From the NCBI GenBank assembly GCA_964291495.2, contig OZ219871.1, forward strand, positions 1,280,001 to 1,344,000: a DNA stretch of 64,000 nt. Direction: 5' to 3'. How positions within the stretch are numbered: the stretch's first letter is position 1; every line of letters starts with the position of its first letter. The DNA comes from Dehalococcoidia bacterium. GTDB taxonomy: Bacteria > Chloroflexota > Dehalococcoidia > UBA2979. Both the position numbers and the translations under genes were made by a program. The notes under the pieces were generated by a model. The model was not told the origin of the DNA. It did no database searches and saw nothing but the letters and a program-made list of their open reading frames with translations. Of this stretch, positions 62,983 through 64,000 are shown piece after piece.

Positions 62983-63429
62983 ATGTGGCTGAGCAGGAAG
63001 GGCGACTACGGCGTTCGCGCGCTGATTGACCTCGCGCTCCACGACGGCGAGGGGCCGGTCCAGCGCGCGGGCATCGCCGATCGCCAGGAGATCCCGGAGT
63101 CCTACCTCGATCACCTGATGGCGCTGCTGCGCCGCGGCGGCTTCGTGCGCAGCGTGCGAGGCCCGGGCGGCGGCCACCTGCTGACCCGCCGCCCCGAGGA
63201 GATCTGCCTGCTCCACGTGATCGAGAGCCTCGAGGGCTCCGTCGCCCCGATTTCCTGCGTCGAGGATGGTGAGGAGTGCACCTACGACTGCGGTCTCTGC
63301 GCCCAGCGCCCCGTCTGGGAGGAGATCTACCAGGACATGCGCCGCCGCCTCGGCGCGGTCAGCATCGCCGACCTCGCGGAGCGCGCGCGGGCGCAGCAGC
63401 ACGCCCGGGCCGCGCACTACTCGATCTGA
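62983..63429 (+). CDS. Rrf2-family regulator (IscR/CymR-like, Cys-containing)
   Basis: [37 protein letters not shown]. Confidence 0.93.
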   Translation: MWLSRKGDYGVRALIDLALHDGEGPVQRAGIADRQEIPESYLDHLMALLRRGGFVRSVRGPGGGHLLTRRPEEICLLHVIESLEGSVAPISCVEDGEECTYDCGLCAQRPVWEEIYQDMRRRLGAVSIADLAERARAQQHARAAHYSI

Positions 63430-64000
63430 TGACGACGACCACGCACACCACGGAGGGTCGCCGCGCCCAGCCGGCGATCGCCGACTCCGTGCTCGACCTG
63501 ATCGGCGGGACGCCGCTCGTGCGGTTGCACCGCGTCGTACCCGAGGGCTGCGCCGAGATCCTCGGCAAGCTCGAGTCGCGCAACCCGGCCGGTTCGGTCA
63601 AGGACCGGATCGCGCTGAGCATGATCGAGGACGCGGAGCGCGACGGCCTGATCGCGCCGGGCGACACGATCGTCGAGCCGACCTCGGGGAACACCGGCAT
63701 CGGCCTCGCGATGGTCTGCGCGCGCAAGGGCTACGAGCTGATCCTGACGATGCCCGAGGACATGAGCGTCGAGCGGCGGCGCCTGCTCGAGCGCTTCGGA
63801 GCGGAGCTGCGGCTGACCCCGGCGATCGAGGGCATGACGGGCGCGGTCTACGCCGCCCGGCAGTTGTCCGAGGAGCACGGCTACTTTATGCCGCAGCAGT
63901 TCGACAACCTCGCCAACCCGCGCACCCACCGCGAGACCACGGGCCCCGAGATCATCGAGGCCACCGGGGGCGAGCTCGACGCGTTCGTCGCCGGCGTCGG
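63429..64000 (+). CDS. cysK: Cysteine synthase, 3' truncated by window edge
   Basis: [50 protein letters not shown]; ATG overlaps the Rrf2 stop. Confidence 0.93.
   Translation, partial: MTTTTHTTEGRRAQPAIADSVLDLIGGTPLVRLHRVVPEGCAEILGKLESRNPAGSVKDRIALSMIEDAERDGLIAPGDTIVEPTSGNTGIGLAMVCARKGYELILTMPEDMSVERRRLLERFGAELRLTPAIEGMTGAVYAARQLSEEHGYFMPQQFDNLANPRTHRETTGPEIIEATGGELDAFVAGV

Overview
This is a high-GC, densely coding, mostly housekeeping bacterial region. Gene content (obgE-nadD-gyrB near dnaA with no dnaN, a CIRCE/HrcA dnaK operon, split XdhC, tandem enolase-family genes) suggests Chloroflexota, probably Dehalococcoidia; this is inference only. It carries VWA/MoxR modules, hrcA-grpE-dnaK-dnaJ-prmA-rsmE, four M23 peptidases, rho, pyrG, purA, dapB-asd-dapA, rpsO-pnp, pepA, dnaA, coaX-coaBC, obgE-nadD, gyrB, ychF, tatA-murT-gatD-M23-lgt and a sulfur cluster (thrC-like, NIL, MoaD-like carrier, two enolase-family enzymes, Rrf2, cysK). 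I saw no rRNA, tRNA, CRISPR array or transposase. The most interesting signals are: (1) a Met-codon leader peptide with alternative hairpins ahead of the thrC-like/NIL/sulfur-carrier operon; (2) a Panacea (DUF4065) antitoxin, apparently CUG-initiated, coupled to an unrecognised small ORF; (3) a likely oriC with DnaA-trios separated from dnaA by coaX-coaBC; (4) tandem LysM-M23 paralogs sharing a structured 5' leader and an apparent AUC start; (5) apparently inactive transglutaminase and CitE homologs. All calls come from reading motifs by eye; no database searches were run.
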